From an uncultured virus (IMG/VR IMGVR_UViG_3300025277_000014) (taxonomy: Duplodnaviria > Heunggongvirae > Uroviricota > Caudoviricetes): 64,000 bases of DNA. Each line of letters opens with the position of its first letter. Position 1 is the first letter of the stretch. This document shows positions 35,023 to 45,149 of the stretch, one piece after another. The notes below the pieces were generated by a model. The model made no database searches, was not told the DNA's origin, and was given only the letters and a program-made list of their open reading frames with translations. The DNA is taken from IMG/VR virus record IMGVR_UViG_3300025277_000014. One strand, 5' to 3'. The translations under genes were made by a program, and so were the position numbers.

Positions 35023-35374
35023 TAATTTCGCCTTTCTCATTAATGTTAATACTTACGGAATAATATCTCTTTTGTATTTTATCCCATTTTAATATTTTAA
35101 ATCTTCCTCTGTTTATATCAGAAGCGATACAGCATGCAATACCCATTGCGGCCGGATCTCCCATCATAAGTAAATGGTCATTATCGTCAAAATCTTTAAG
35201 TTTTCTGCGTAATTTCCTTATGGCAGGCTGTGGACTAAACATGATTTGTTGCCCACTCTCAAATAGTAAAACAATGTCGCCATATTCCTGGGCGCTTAAT
35301 ACATTTATATAGGGATTTTCTTGAACTAAAAATACCGTGGGCTTTTTTTCTTCTTTATCCTGCTTGAATTCCAT
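35003..35374 (-). CDS. Hypothetical protein
   Basis: DHLLMMGDP motif; first gene of the leftward replication operon. Confidence 0.7.
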   Translation of the reverse strand: MEFKQDKEEKKPTVFLVQENPYINVLSAQEYGDIVLLFESGQQIMFSPQPAIRKLRRKLKDFDDNDHLLMMGDPAAMGIACCIASDINRGRFKILKWDKIQKRYYSVSININEKGEINEQDKL

Positions 35375-35444
35375 CTTTCTGCGAGTCCTTTATCTCTTGT
35401 TTTTTCTTTCCGCAAGTATTATATAGCTATTTTAGAAAGTTATT

Positions 35445-36881
35445 ATGAACTATAGATTTAAAACGAAGCCTTTTCAACATCAATTAGATGCTTTGGACGA
35501 GAGCTGGAACAAGGAAGTATGGGCCTTATTCATGGAGATGGGTACAGGTAAAACCAAGGTATGCATTGATAATGTAGCTATTTTATATGATAAAGGAAAA
35601 ATTAATGCGGCTTTAATTGTTGTTCCCAACGGAATTAAGCGCAATTGGCGCAATGAATTACATATCCATATGGCGGATCATGTTTCTTACAGAGTGGGAA
35701 TATGGTCTTCCTCACCACGAAAACTAGAGAAAGAGGAACTTGATCAGTTGTCCGTGATCAGTGATGACTTGTCCATCTTGATTATGAACATTGAAGCGTT
35801 TTCCACCAAGAAGGGATATCAGTTCGCTTACAGCTTTCTTTTACGCAACGCCGCTTTATTATGCGTGGATGAATCCACTACCATAAAAAATCATAACGCT
35901 TCCCGTACAAAAAATATTTTAAAATTACGCCATATGGCAAAGTATCGTCGCATCATGACGGGATCTCCTGTCACTAAATCTCCTTTAGATTTATTTAGTC
36001 AGGTGCAGTTTCTTGACCCCTGGTTGATTGATCAGCAAAGTTACTATAGCTTCAGGGCTAGATATGCGGTGGTCGTGCAACGCAGTGTTGGATCTCATTC
36101 CTTTCAGCACGTGGCGAAGTATCAACGACTCGATGAGCTGCAGGAAAAGATAAAAAGCTTTTCCACGCGGATTCTAAAAAGTGAATGCCTTGACCTTCCC
36201 GAAAAGCTCTATACAAAAAGAACAGTGGCGATGACGATGGAACAAATGAAAGCTTATACAGAAATGAAAAAAGCAGCCATGACCTTCCTGGAAAATGAAA
36301 AGATGATGAGTGCTACCACAGTCCTGACGCAATTAATACGACTTCATCAAATAACATGCGGCCACGTTAAGACGGACGAGGGCGATGTTATGGCTATAAA
36401 AAATAATCGTATTCAAGAACTATTAAACATACTGGAGGAAACAAATGGTAAAGTTATTATATGGGCTGTTTATCGCTATGATATACAGGCTATTGAAAAA
36501 GCAATCGGAGATATTTATGGTAAGGGAAGTGTGGCGTCTTATTATGGTGATACCAAGGATGTTGATCGTCAGCATATTGTGGATCGCTTTCAGGACAGCG
36601 ATAGCTCTCTCCGCTTTTTTGTTGGAAATCCAAAAACGGGAGGCTATGGGCTCACTCTTACTGCTTCTCACACTGTCATTTATTATTCTAATGATTACAG
36701 TTTAGAAGTACGCATGCAGTCCGAGGACCGCGCTCATCGCATCAGTCAGACAAGTAAAGTGACGTATGTTGATCTTATTGCGGAGGGAACTGTTGATGAG
36801 AGAATTGTAAAGGCTCTCAATAACAAGATTGATCTGGCCAGTCAGGTTATGGGCGAAGATCCAAAAAAAATATTATTTTAG
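35445..36881 (+). CDS. SNF2-family helicase
   Basis: MEMGTGKT, DES, MTGSP, GGYGLTL, QSEDRAHRI. Confidence 0.92.
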   Translation: MNYRFKTKPFQHQLDALDESWNKEVWALFMEMGTGKTKVCIDNVAILYDKGKINAALIVVPNGIKRNWRNELHIHMADHVSYRVGIWSSSPRKLEKEELDQLSVISDDLSILIMNIEAFSTKKGYQFAYSFLLRNAALLCVDESTTIKNHNASRTKNILKLRHMAKYRRIMTGSPVTKSPLDLFSQVQFLDPWLIDQQSYYSFRARYAVVVQRSVGSHSFQHVAKYQRLDELQEKIKSFSTRILKSECLDLPEKLYTKRTVAMTMEQMKAYTEMKKAAMTFLENEKMMSATTVLTQLIRLHQITCGHVKTDEGDVMAIKNNRIQELLNILEETNGKVIIWAVYRYDIQAIEKAIGDIYGKGSVASYYGDTKDVDRQHIVDRFQDSDSSLRFFVGNPKTGGYGLTLTASHTVIYYSNDYSLEVRMQSEDRAHRISQTSKVTYVDLIAEGTVDERIVKALNNKIDLASQVMGEDPKKILF

Positions 36882-36964
36882 GGGGTATCTGCCCTACCAC
36901 TCATGTGCTACAAACGCTCTGTAGGGCTTTATATTGATAAAAATTTTCGCAGTAATCAGTAATT

Positions 36965-37183
36965 TTACCTGTCGATGTCTTTTATCAGTATATCGAGCAT
37001 TACTTCCAATTTTATCACTCGTTCCTTTATTTCTGGAATATCTCGTAGCACTACTTGTTCTATTGTGCGCTGTTGTTCTTCTAATGCTCGCACTTTTTGT
37101 GACAGCATGCCATACACACTGCCAGCACTTATTAGAATCATGGAGATCCAGACGACGTTCCGAAAATTAAAATCTTTTTCCAT
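36965..37183 (-). CDS. Small membrane-anchored coiled-coil protein
   Basis: TM helix plus heptads; TAATG coupling. Confidence 0.65.
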   Translation of the reverse strand: MEKDFNFRNVVWISMILISAGSVYGMLSQKVRALEEQQRTIEQVVLRDIPEIKERVIKLEVMLDILIKDIDR

Positions 37184-37740
37184 TATCCGTACCTTCCTCT
37201 TCCTCTTCCTCCGAAAAGAGAACTTAATCCACCAAACATTGAATAAGGATTAAATCCACCGTAAAATGAACGAGGAGGTTGTTGCTGCATTGGTGATGAT
37301 TTATTTAAACCGGCAATTCCTTCTTCTATCTTGCCCAAGCGGTCACTAATGCTACTGAACTGCTCTCCAAATCCACCCATTTGTTCTCCTAGTCCTCCTA
37401 AAGTGGATTCAAATCCACCCAGTCTTTCTCCGTAGCCTCCCATTTGTTCTCCTAGTCCCCCAAGTGTTTCTTCAAATCCTCCTAGTTGCTCACCGTATCC
37501 TCCAAGTGTTTCACCAAATCCTGTTACCTGCTCGCCCATTCCTTTAATTCCCCACGGATCCTGATTCAGTATTTGTGGCGGCTGTTGGTAAGGGTGTTGA
37601 GGTTGTCTTGGCCGTCCTGGATATTGAGTGAATTTTGGTCCCCCCATGAAACCAGCCAGTCCACCAAGTCCAGATATACCAGCTCCCACAGATTGTATTA
37701 AGGGATTAAAAGCTCTTCTTTCGTTAGGATCGAACTGCAT
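37183..37740 (-). CDS. Gly-rich protein with tandem 7-aa repeats
   Basis: GFGETLG/GYGEQLG/GFEETLG/GLGEQMG... units. Confidence 0.75.
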   Translation of the reverse strand: MQFDPNERRAFNPLIQSVGAGISGLGGLAGFMGGPKFTQYPGRPRQPQHPYQQPPQILNQDPWGIKGMGEQVTGFGETLGGYGEQLGGFEETLGGLGEQMGGYGERLGGFESTLGGLGEQMGGFGEQFSSISDRLGKIEEGIAGLNKSSPMQQQPPRSFYGGFNPYSMFGGLSSLFGGRGRGRYG

Positions 37741-37742
37741 TG

Positions 37743-39434
37743 TTATCCCTCGGCTATGGAATCATTGATCGCTTTTAATTTCTCAAAGGTTGACATGTTG
37801 GCGTAGCCGCCGTCATCATATTGCTTTAAATATCCCCCGTCCGCTTGACCTAAACTATTTAAAATGTCAAAGGCCTCTTTTTCACTGGCAGAAGGTGTAT
37901 TCCCATATGTATTTATTGCGTCGAGTGCAAAACTACGGGGACCTTTTACTTCAGTTCCAAATATGTTCATCGCTGGAAAACTTCCTACGTTAAAATCATT
38001 TGTGGTCTTACCATAATAAGGAGTTCCATCCGTATACTTTTCTTTTGTTTGAGTTAAAGGTTGATCAGCAAATCCTGTAATTATATTGTCTTGGGTAATA
38101 ACATCTTGAGGATCGATGGATTGATCGCCTCCGATATTAAATATATCTTCTTGGGGGGTTAAATCTATCGTTCCCGCTGTTGGCTTCTTTTCAAAGCTTC
38201 CTGTTTCTGGATTCCATACTTCACCTTTCTCTTCATGACTGCGAACCATAATATAGGTGGAATCAATTCGCCCGTCAGAAAATGTAGACATGTCGTGCCC
38301 TGTTGCCCGTTCAATATGGGCTAATTTGTTCGCCCGCTCATCTCTTATTTCTTCAACATTTGCCGATGGTGCATAGAAGAGATCGGGTATGCTCTCAGGG
38401 GGGTTGGTGAGATAATTGTATGGCCAGTGTCTTGATTCCGCTAAAAGATCGTCTAAGTCTGTTGAAATTGTTTCAGCAGATCTGTCAGTTATCAAGGCAT
38501 CGAGTTCGTCTAAAATATCAGGAGGTTGATATTCAATGTCAGTCCGTGGGATAAACCCGATTGACCTTCTTGGATCATAGGCGATGTCTTGAGCTGCATC
38601 AACCGTTTCCGTCCCCACTAGATCTTCCAGTATTGCGTCCTGAGTATCTTCAAGGGTTTTCTCACCTTCTACAAGGTCTGCCTGTGCAGTTGTTTCTTCA
38701 TCCTTGATGATGTCAAGATTGGCTTTTTGTGTTTGATCAAGATTTTGATCAAGTTTTCCAGTCAGCAACGCCTTGCCATGTCTCGCAAAGCCACTAGGGA
38801 CTCCTTTTAACTCCTCCCATATTTTCTGTACACCAGGTCCCATATCCTTTCTTATTTGCTTGGGAACAATGTTCGTCAGTCCTGATTGTGCATACTTGGC
38901 AAGGTCGCCTATTATTTTTAAAGGCGCGGGCGCCAGGGCGTTGAATGCTGCGGGAATTCCCAGATTAAGTGCTCCTCCTATAGGAAAACGGTCAAGATAT
39001 GCGTCGCGGGCTTCAGGGCTTGATTTAATAAACTTGTCAAGATCGCGTTGATAATCGCTTCTGCCGTCCGAGTAGAAATCAAGTACTACTTGCGCCGCTG
39101 AATTAAGCGAGCCGTCTTTTCTTCTATTTCGGTTGATGAAATCCTGTTGTTTTTTTGTCATGCCTCCAATGACTGTGCTCGGAGAGGAGATACCTGATCT
39201 GTAACCTTGATCCTGGTGTCCTTGCGTAACAAGCCTGTCTAAGTCTCCACTTTTTATCATTCGGTTTAATTCTCTTGCTGTTGTCTTTTGGCTTTTTTTA
39301 TCGCCTTTATTTCCAGCGGCTGTTCCCTTTCTGCTGCCTGTTTTATAAGCCGAAGGTCCTGCTACGTAATCTTTATGTTGCGCTGAACCTGAACCTGGTG
39401 GTCCCCCTCCTTGCAATTTCATAATACCGTACAT
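37743..39434 (-). CDS. Putative internal virion protein
   Basis: Basic N-terminal half, acidic C-terminal half; LQGGG, QADGG, YDDGG motifs. Confidence 0.55.
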   Translation of the reverse strand: MYGIMKLQGGGPPGSGSAQHKDYVAGPSAYKTGSRKGTAAGNKGDKKSQKTTARELNRMIKSGDLDRLVTQGHQDQGYRSGISSPSTVIGGMTKKQQDFINRNRRKDGSLNSAAQVVLDFYSDGRSDYQRDLDKFIKSSPEARDAYLDRFPIGGALNLGIPAAFNALAPAPLKIIGDLAKYAQSGLTNIVPKQIRKDMGPGVQKIWEELKGVPSGFARHGKALLTGKLDQNLDQTQKANLDIIKDEETTAQADLVEGEKTLEDTQDAILEDLVGTETVDAAQDIAYDPRRSIGFIPRTDIEYQPPDILDELDALITDRSAETISTDLDDLLAESRHWPYNYLTNPPESIPDLFYAPSANVEEIRDERANKLAHIERATGHDMSTFSDGRIDSTYIMVRSHEEKGEVWNPETGSFEKKPTAGTIDLTPQEDIFNIGGDQSIDPQDVITQDNIITGFADQPLTQTKEKYTDGTPYYGKTTNDFNVGSFPAMNIFGTEVKGPRSFALDAINTYGNTPSASEKEAFDILNSLGQADGGYLKQYDDGGYANMSTFEKLKAINDSIAEG

Positions 39435-42343
39435 TATATTCTCCTCTGTGATCCGAGGGCCAAGGCCTCATCAAGGTTGCCCCCGGCCAACGCCACGCGC
39501 TGATCTGGACTTAAGGGTTGTGTCGCCCCTCCCGTTGGAACGGTCTGGGTCATCTCTTCAAAATCCACGTTCAAGAAAGGATCCTTCTCTAACGTTTTAA
39601 AAGGGCCTTTCGTTGCTGGCTGTCTTGGAGCTTTAGCTTGTTCTTGAACCTCATCCACCATAATCTTCTGTCCTGTTTCCTGTCCGTCCTGACTGAAGGT
39701 CGGTTTACTGTCAGCCTTGACAATGTCAAGGCCTGTCGCATAGCCCGCGTCATCAGTCTTAATGATCATTTGCTCGTTTCCAGGGAAGGCGCTTTGGTTT
39801 TCAGAGAAAATAAGATACTTCATAACATCGATTGGATTGCCAGAATCAAAATTATCTCTTACCTCAGGAGGAAGATTTTCATCCCCTCTTACATCATCCC
39901 ATCTCATGCGACCAAGAGTCATTAACGCCTGTCGTTTTGCGAGATCGCTGATAGTTGGGTTCATCACCGTTGTAATATTTTTCAGGAATTTTGGATCAGC
40001 CAGGGTGGTCATCCCATACCGTGCCATCAGCATCAGTCCGAGATTTCCAAAAGGATTGGAGGCCAGCATACCGCCTGTAATCAGGTTGGTAATAGCATTC
40101 GCTCCGCCCAAGAAACCACGACGCTTGACGAAATCGGAAACATCGCCGAAGCTTGTCTGTTGCACCTGTCCCGCCAGATCCAACACGTTTTCCATTTCCT
40201 TGTATACTTTTTCACCAAGAATTTCCTTCATGCCCGCGACCCTGTTTTTCCCTGATTCCCCCATTCCAAATATCGTTTTCATTTGTTCTACGTCTAAAAT
40301 AGGAACATTGAATTGCGCTGTTCCAGTTGTTCCCCACTTCGTTGCTTGTTGGCGGTGCGCCCCAAAGCCTTCCGTTCCTGGAATCCATCGTGTAATTCGT
40401 TCTCCCCATGTTTGTCCGCCTGAAGTCAGTTTTACTTTACCGCTGATGTAGCGGGTGGCAACTCTCATTTTATCATCTAGAACAGACCGTGCTACTGCAT
40501 CAAAAACATTTACATTTGTTTTGACGCCATTAATCATTACATCAGCGTTTCCTAACGCTAATCTCATTTCCTTAATGGCCATAGGTGATGACATGCTTTT
40601 GCTGTCCAATAGTATTTCCGCCAATTGATCGGCTTTCAGCCATCCAGGTTGACCAACAGCTCCTGGCTTTGCCACATTCAAATCGGCAAGTGCCAGAACT
40701 TGCGCCGTTCGGTCTTTTAAACTGTCAATATTATCCGTGAAAAACTTATTCGCCATTGTATAGCGATTGGCAAAAGCGTCCTTGAGAGCGTTTTTTGCGG
40801 GATCATTAAGATCGGCAAAGCCCTTGAAATCATTGATAGCGGTGACCATTGCTTGTGTGAATGGCTCGACACGGTGACTAATGGCGGATCCTGCCGCTCC
40901 AGCCTCACCCGCATGCTGTAGAATGTCATTGAGGCTTGTCTGAAGCATATCAAACTGTCTCGCATTCATATAGTCTCCCTTTATAAACTGAAGGGCTGGA
41001 AGAATTTTTTCAAATGCTCCTTGTGTTTTAAGGGTTGGAATAGTTGCCAGTAATTCTTCAAAATCGATTGCCTGTGCACCATAATCTCCTGGAAGATCAA
41101 GCATGATTTTTCGCTGATCCAGACCAAGACGCTTGGACAACTTAAAGGCCTCCTCTTTTATTTGTGCTGTGGGAATAAACTTATCCCCAATTTCATCGCC
41201 GATGTCTAAAGCGCTCTTATAAAGCGTTTCCTTGGTGGAGGCAAATTTTGCCACGCCTTCTCTAAAATTCTTATCCGCGAGCATTCCTGCGTCATTCAAT
41301 AAACTAATAGGAGAATAATTGTTCAGTGTCCTATTAATTGATTGAGCCATAGCTACTTGTTGCGCGTTTTGGGCCTGTCGTGCCTTGGTCGCCACAAAGG
41401 GGAAAAGACCGATGACTTTTCCTGCCCCTTTAACAATATTGGATTCCGTTACAGAGAACACATTCATGGGAACACCGTACTGCACTCCTTTTTTCATCAT
41501 ATCAATACCTCCCTTGGTCACTCCCACAAGAGGTGCGAATCCTCGTTTAATAAACGGCCACATCTGCGACAGTCCTACAGCCCCTCCCGACCATAAAAGC
41601 TCGTTGCGCATGTCATAGAGATTGCGTAGGGTTTCATCCTTTTCCATCGCCTCTGTCAGATTAGGAATGTCACTTAGGTAACGCGTTATTTGATTAAGCA
41701 TGTCATATGTTTCGTTGGCTGCGCCCCGTGCAAATATGTTCATTGCTGTTAAGGCCGTTGCCGATTTGGCAGGACTGTTCTTCACTGCATTGGAGATTAA
41801 GGCGTTGTCCATCACACGCTTTCCCGCAACTCCTCTGCTCAACAATGACGCGCCCACGACATCGGAAGCAATGACAGCGACGTCTCCCAAGGTTGCCTTG
41901 GGGTCCTTGCTGGTCAGCTTGGTTGCTCCAAAATTAAGAATGCCTTGCAGTAGTTTTCCTGGTTCAAAGGGATCACCTCCTGGTGGAAGATCCAGTAGTT
42001 CCCCCATTCCTTCTATCAGTCCCGGGCCTGTCTTGGCTTTCTCTTGTTGCTGACGCATATAATATCCTATGGGATCTTTTATTTTCGCTTGTCTTTCTTG
42101 AATTTTCTTTTCGTAAGCCTCTAAGTCAGCCATAACGTTTCCTGAAACATTCCCCGCTGCTTTTTGATATGCCGTTACCTTTTTCAGAGCATCAATTAAT
42201 TGTTGCTGTTCAGCCTCATTACGTGGCCAGTCGCTTACAGGTTTTCCTTCTACCTCCCCTGCCTCAATTCCACCAATGGTAACCGGACCTATGCCCTGAA
42301 TTCCGTATTTTGTTAAATCTAATTGTATTGTTGTAGTTGCCAT
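39434..42343 (-). CDS. Large putative ejection (internal core) protein
   Basis: 969 aa, helical, in coupled operon of long ORFs typical of podovirus ejection proteins. Confidence 0.6.
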   Translation of the reverse strand: MATTTIQLDLTKYGIQGIGPVTIGGIEAGEVEGKPVSDWPRNEAEQQQLIDALKKVTAYQKAAGNVSGNVMADLEAYEKKIQERQAKIKDPIGYYMRQQQEKAKTGPGLIEGMGELLDLPPGGDPFEPGKLLQGILNFGATKLTSKDPKATLGDVAVIASDVVGASLLSRGVAGKRVMDNALISNAVKNSPAKSATALTAMNIFARGAANETYDMLNQITRYLSDIPNLTEAMEKDETLRNLYDMRNELLWSGGAVGLSQMWPFIKRGFAPLVGVTKGGIDMMKKGVQYGVPMNVFSVTESNIVKGAGKVIGLFPFVATKARQAQNAQQVAMAQSINRTLNNYSPISLLNDAGMLADKNFREGVAKFASTKETLYKSALDIGDEIGDKFIPTAQIKEEAFKLSKRLGLDQRKIMLDLPGDYGAQAIDFEELLATIPTLKTQGAFEKILPALQFIKGDYMNARQFDMLQTSLNDILQHAGEAGAAGSAISHRVEPFTQAMVTAINDFKGFADLNDPAKNALKDAFANRYTMANKFFTDNIDSLKDRTAQVLALADLNVAKPGAVGQPGWLKADQLAEILLDSKSMSSPMAIKEMRLALGNADVMINGVKTNVNVFDAVARSVLDDKMRVATRYISGKVKLTSGGQTWGERITRWIPGTEGFGAHRQQATKWGTTGTAQFNVPILDVEQMKTIFGMGESGKNRVAGMKEILGEKVYKEMENVLDLAGQVQQTSFGDVSDFVKRRGFLGGANAITNLITGGMLASNPFGNLGLMLMARYGMTTLADPKFLKNITTVMNPTISDLAKRQALMTLGRMRWDDVRGDENLPPEVRDNFDSGNPIDVMKYLIFSENQSAFPGNEQMIIKTDDAGYATGLDIVKADSKPTFSQDGQETGQKIMVDEVQEQAKAPRQPATKGPFKTLEKDPFLNVDFEEMTQTVPTGGATQPLSPDQRVALAGGNLDEALALGSQRRI

Positions 42344-44112
42344 TATTTTATAAGCGTTACGCCACTCCCCTCTGGATTAACTTCAAAATGAAACTCAATT
42401 TTAGGGCCTGCCGCTTCCTCTCCTGTCTGTCCTATTTTACGAATTCTATCCAGATCAATGGTATCATATCCCAGTTCCTTCATTCGGTTAAAGGACTCCT
42501 CGAACGCAGGAATGACAGCCAAATCGCTGTAGGACTGCATACGCGCTCGTCGTAAATCGCTTTCCAAGAATTCAAGTTTCTTGATAACGGAGACAGAGGA
42601 TGTCCAACCAAAAAGGTTCAAGTCCATCGCCGCACGCTCAACGTCATCCAAGTTCAATCGTCCTGATGACTTACGCGCTCTTGCAATTGCATAAATGATC
42701 GCATTGGCACGTGCCTGGTTCAATGGAAGATCTTCATCAAACCATTTAAGCTTGTTCATAATCTTATCCTGCTCGGCCGCGCTTTCAAAAAGATCTCGTC
42801 CCAACGCATCCTGATTTCCATAAACAACATTTCCGCCAGGGGCTGTGAAGTCCGCTCGCATTTCCGCCTGCCCCGCAGCTCCTATCTGGTTGAATGTGCT
42901 TTGAAGACCTCTGAGAGCCGCGATGTCCTCTTCCTGAACAGTACCGTTTGCAATGTCTTTCTGGGTGTCGGGATCCAGTAAGTATTGGTCAATGAAATCA
43001 CTAATGAGAACAAGTTTTGTATTGGGTTGAATTCCCTTTTCATAGCCAACGCCTTGTACATTTGGATTGCCACTCTTGAAAAAGTCATTGAAGGTATAGT
43101 TCATCGTATCCGTCCATATTTGCCCAAAATCCTGTGCACGCATTTGTAGTCCTGCAAGGAAACCAGCACGCCTTGGATTTTCAGCGATTGATGCGCGAAG
43201 ATCACTTAAATACATGATATTTCTGTCATAGGTGTCCAGCTTGTTTTTAATGTCCAGGATCGGTCCGATTCCACGAGAGGTGGCATAATCGGAAGGCGTT
43301 CCTGACATCGCAGTCGTCATTTCCTGTATGCCTGCCACATCGGTCATGAGTTCAAGAACGGGCAAGCCGTCCTCTCCCAGCTGATCCGAGGGGCGATAGA
43401 ATTGAATCTGTTCTCCTGGTTCCTGAACAGTATAGGCAACGAACGGATCAGACCATTCGCCGTTTTCCAACGGAAGCCTGAACTGTCCTTTCTTCGGCTT
43501 AAACGCCTCGATTTCATAATCAAGAGCTTTGAGCTTTGCCGCCTTCATTTGATCGTTATAGGCCGTCATTTTTGCCTTATCAGAAGCGATGTCTTGATCG
43601 TATTTCTTATTTAAAATATTTAGCCTTAGACCTCTATCGGAATCATAAACCGCTTTGGCATCAGCTATCTCTTGCCCTCTTTTTTGTAATTTAGCGGTAA
43701 GGACGCCGCGTTGTCGCTCCTTTTCCTCCGCTCGTTGCAGTTGTTTTATCTTGGAAAGGTTCTGGGTGAAGACTTGTCCCGCCTGACTGATTGCAGGCGC
43801 CATTTTTCCTCCGCGTGTCGGTGCCATCAGGCCAAAGCCGAATTGGGCGAGTGCCAGTCTCTTGTCTCTTGAATAATCAGAAGGCGCGTACATCGCCTCA
43901 ATCTGTTCATCGGTCAGGGTCGGGGTTCCATATTCCTCGAGATAGGACTTATCTAAAAATAAATCTTTGAAGTACTGCTCGGGGTCGGGGTTTTGCAGGA
44001 TAGGGGCATCCGGAAACATGCTCCCTGGCAATGAAGTAGGCATTACTTTTGGAGTTGGTACGGTTACCTCTAGATCTTCATCTTCAAAAATGTCAATATT
44101 TTCGTAAGCCAT
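42343..44112 (-). CDS. Putative ejection protein
   Basis: LAQFGFGLMAP hydrophobic segment followed by coiled coil; N-terminal NIDIFED. Confidence 0.6.
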   Translation of the reverse strand: MAYENIDIFEDEDLEVTVPTPKVMPTSLPGSMFPDAPILQNPDPEQYFKDLFLDKSYLEEYGTPTLTDEQIEAMYAPSDYSRDKRLALAQFGFGLMAPTRGGKMAPAISQAGQVFTQNLSKIKQLQRAEEKERQRGVLTAKLQKRGQEIADAKAVYDSDRGLRLNILNKKYDQDIASDKAKMTAYNDQMKAAKLKALDYEIEAFKPKKGQFRLPLENGEWSDPFVAYTVQEPGEQIQFYRPSDQLGEDGLPVLELMTDVAGIQEMTTAMSGTPSDYATSRGIGPILDIKNKLDTYDRNIMYLSDLRASIAENPRRAGFLAGLQMRAQDFGQIWTDTMNYTFNDFFKSGNPNVQGVGYEKGIQPNTKLVLISDFIDQYLLDPDTQKDIANGTVQEEDIAALRGLQSTFNQIGAAGQAEMRADFTAPGGNVVYGNQDALGRDLFESAAEQDKIMNKLKWFDEDLPLNQARANAIIYAIARARKSSGRLNLDDVERAAMDLNLFGWTSSVSVIKKLEFLESDLRRARMQSYSDLAVIPAFEESFNRMKELGYDTIDLDRIRKIGQTGEEAAGPKIEFHFEVNPEGSGVTLIK

Positions 44113-45149
44113 TATACTAATCCGAACGCTCCACCAGATCCGCCTTGCCCACTTAGGATGCCGTAGGCACCCAGTCCCATGCCCAGTGCTCCGAGCATCG
44201 GATTAGTGTATGGAAGTGGTTTTTGCGTTAATGTTTGTGAAACGGACGGTACTCCCGCCATCACGTCGCCGAAGTAGCTTAGTCGCCCGTATGGTTCCAT
44301 ACGTTTTGCTTCTGCCATTCTGTATTGTTCGTTAAGTGCCGCTTGTTGTTGTGCTTGTTCTGCCCCTCCGAACTGGAATAGGGTTCCAAGACCTTGTTGT
44401 CCTAGACCATATTGCTGTTGAGCGAGGTTAGCCCCCATCATTCCCATTTGTCCTTGTTGGGCTCCCATTTGTGCTTGTTGGGCTCCTAGTTGCCCAAAAA
44501 TACCAGCCCCTTGGAGTTGCCTTGCCCTTGCAGACTCGGAAGTGCCAATTGCTTTTTGTTGCGCTTGCTCAAAGTTTTGAGCCAGATCCTGGAATATTCT
44601 CCTGGATTTAATGTCTTGTAGATTCTTGTCAAGTTCGGCTGATTCAACGCCAAATCGTGATCCCCCGAAGGCTCCTGCCTGTTGAGCGGTATCTGCTGTA
44701 CGTTTCCGTGCGACAGCTGCCTGCTCATCCATTTGTTTAAGAGCTTCTTGAGTTACATCCCCCTGGTATTGATTGAAAAAATCCGAATAGTTGCTTGTGC
44801 TGGGGTCATACTGCTGTGTTGCCCCTTGAAGTGCTGGAATTCCCATCCCTGTTGTGGCTATTCCTGCTCCTGTCGTGGCTTGTCCCGCACCCAAGGCGTT
44901 GAAAGCCGTGGCGAAAGCCGGATCATATTGAGCACCTGTTCCCGTAGGAAGACCTGTTGTAGGGTCAATCCCCATCATTCCCGCTGCTCCAGCGATGGCT
45001 CCCGTCTGAAGAGGATCAAATCCTGCAATGCCCTGAGGCGTGACAGTGCCTGGCACTTGAGTCACATCAAATGCCCCCTGAAGCAGTTTCCGTCTCCAGT
45101 CCTCTAGATAGGGTGCTTCACGCGTTCCTTGCCAATAAGTTTCGGGCAT
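44112..45149 (-). CDS. Putative ejection/pilot protein
   Basis: Q/G/A-rich; AGAFGGSRFGV motif; Gly-rich hydrophobic C-terminus. Confidence 0.65.
   Translation of the reverse strand: MPETYWQGTREAPYLEDWRRKLLQGAFDVTQVPGTVTPQGIAGFDPLQTGAIAGAAGMMGIDPTTGLPTGTGAQYDPAFATAFNALGAGQATTGAGIATTGMGIPALQGATQQYDPSTSNYSDFFNQYQGDVTQEALKQMDEQAAVARKRTADTAQQAGAFGGSRFGVESAELDKNLQDIKSRRIFQDLAQNFEQAQQKAIGTSESARARQLQGAGIFGQLGAQQAQMGAQQGQMGMMGANLAQQQYGLGQQGLGTLFQFGGAEQAQQQAALNEQYRMAEAKRMEPYGRLSYFGDVMAGVPSVSQTLTQKPLPYTNPMLGALGMGLGAYGILSGQGGSGGAFGLV

Noticed and set aside
39762..40451. 229-aa plus-strand ORF and other long antisense ORFs
   Set aside because: Shadows of long minus-strand genes with no motifs or RBS.
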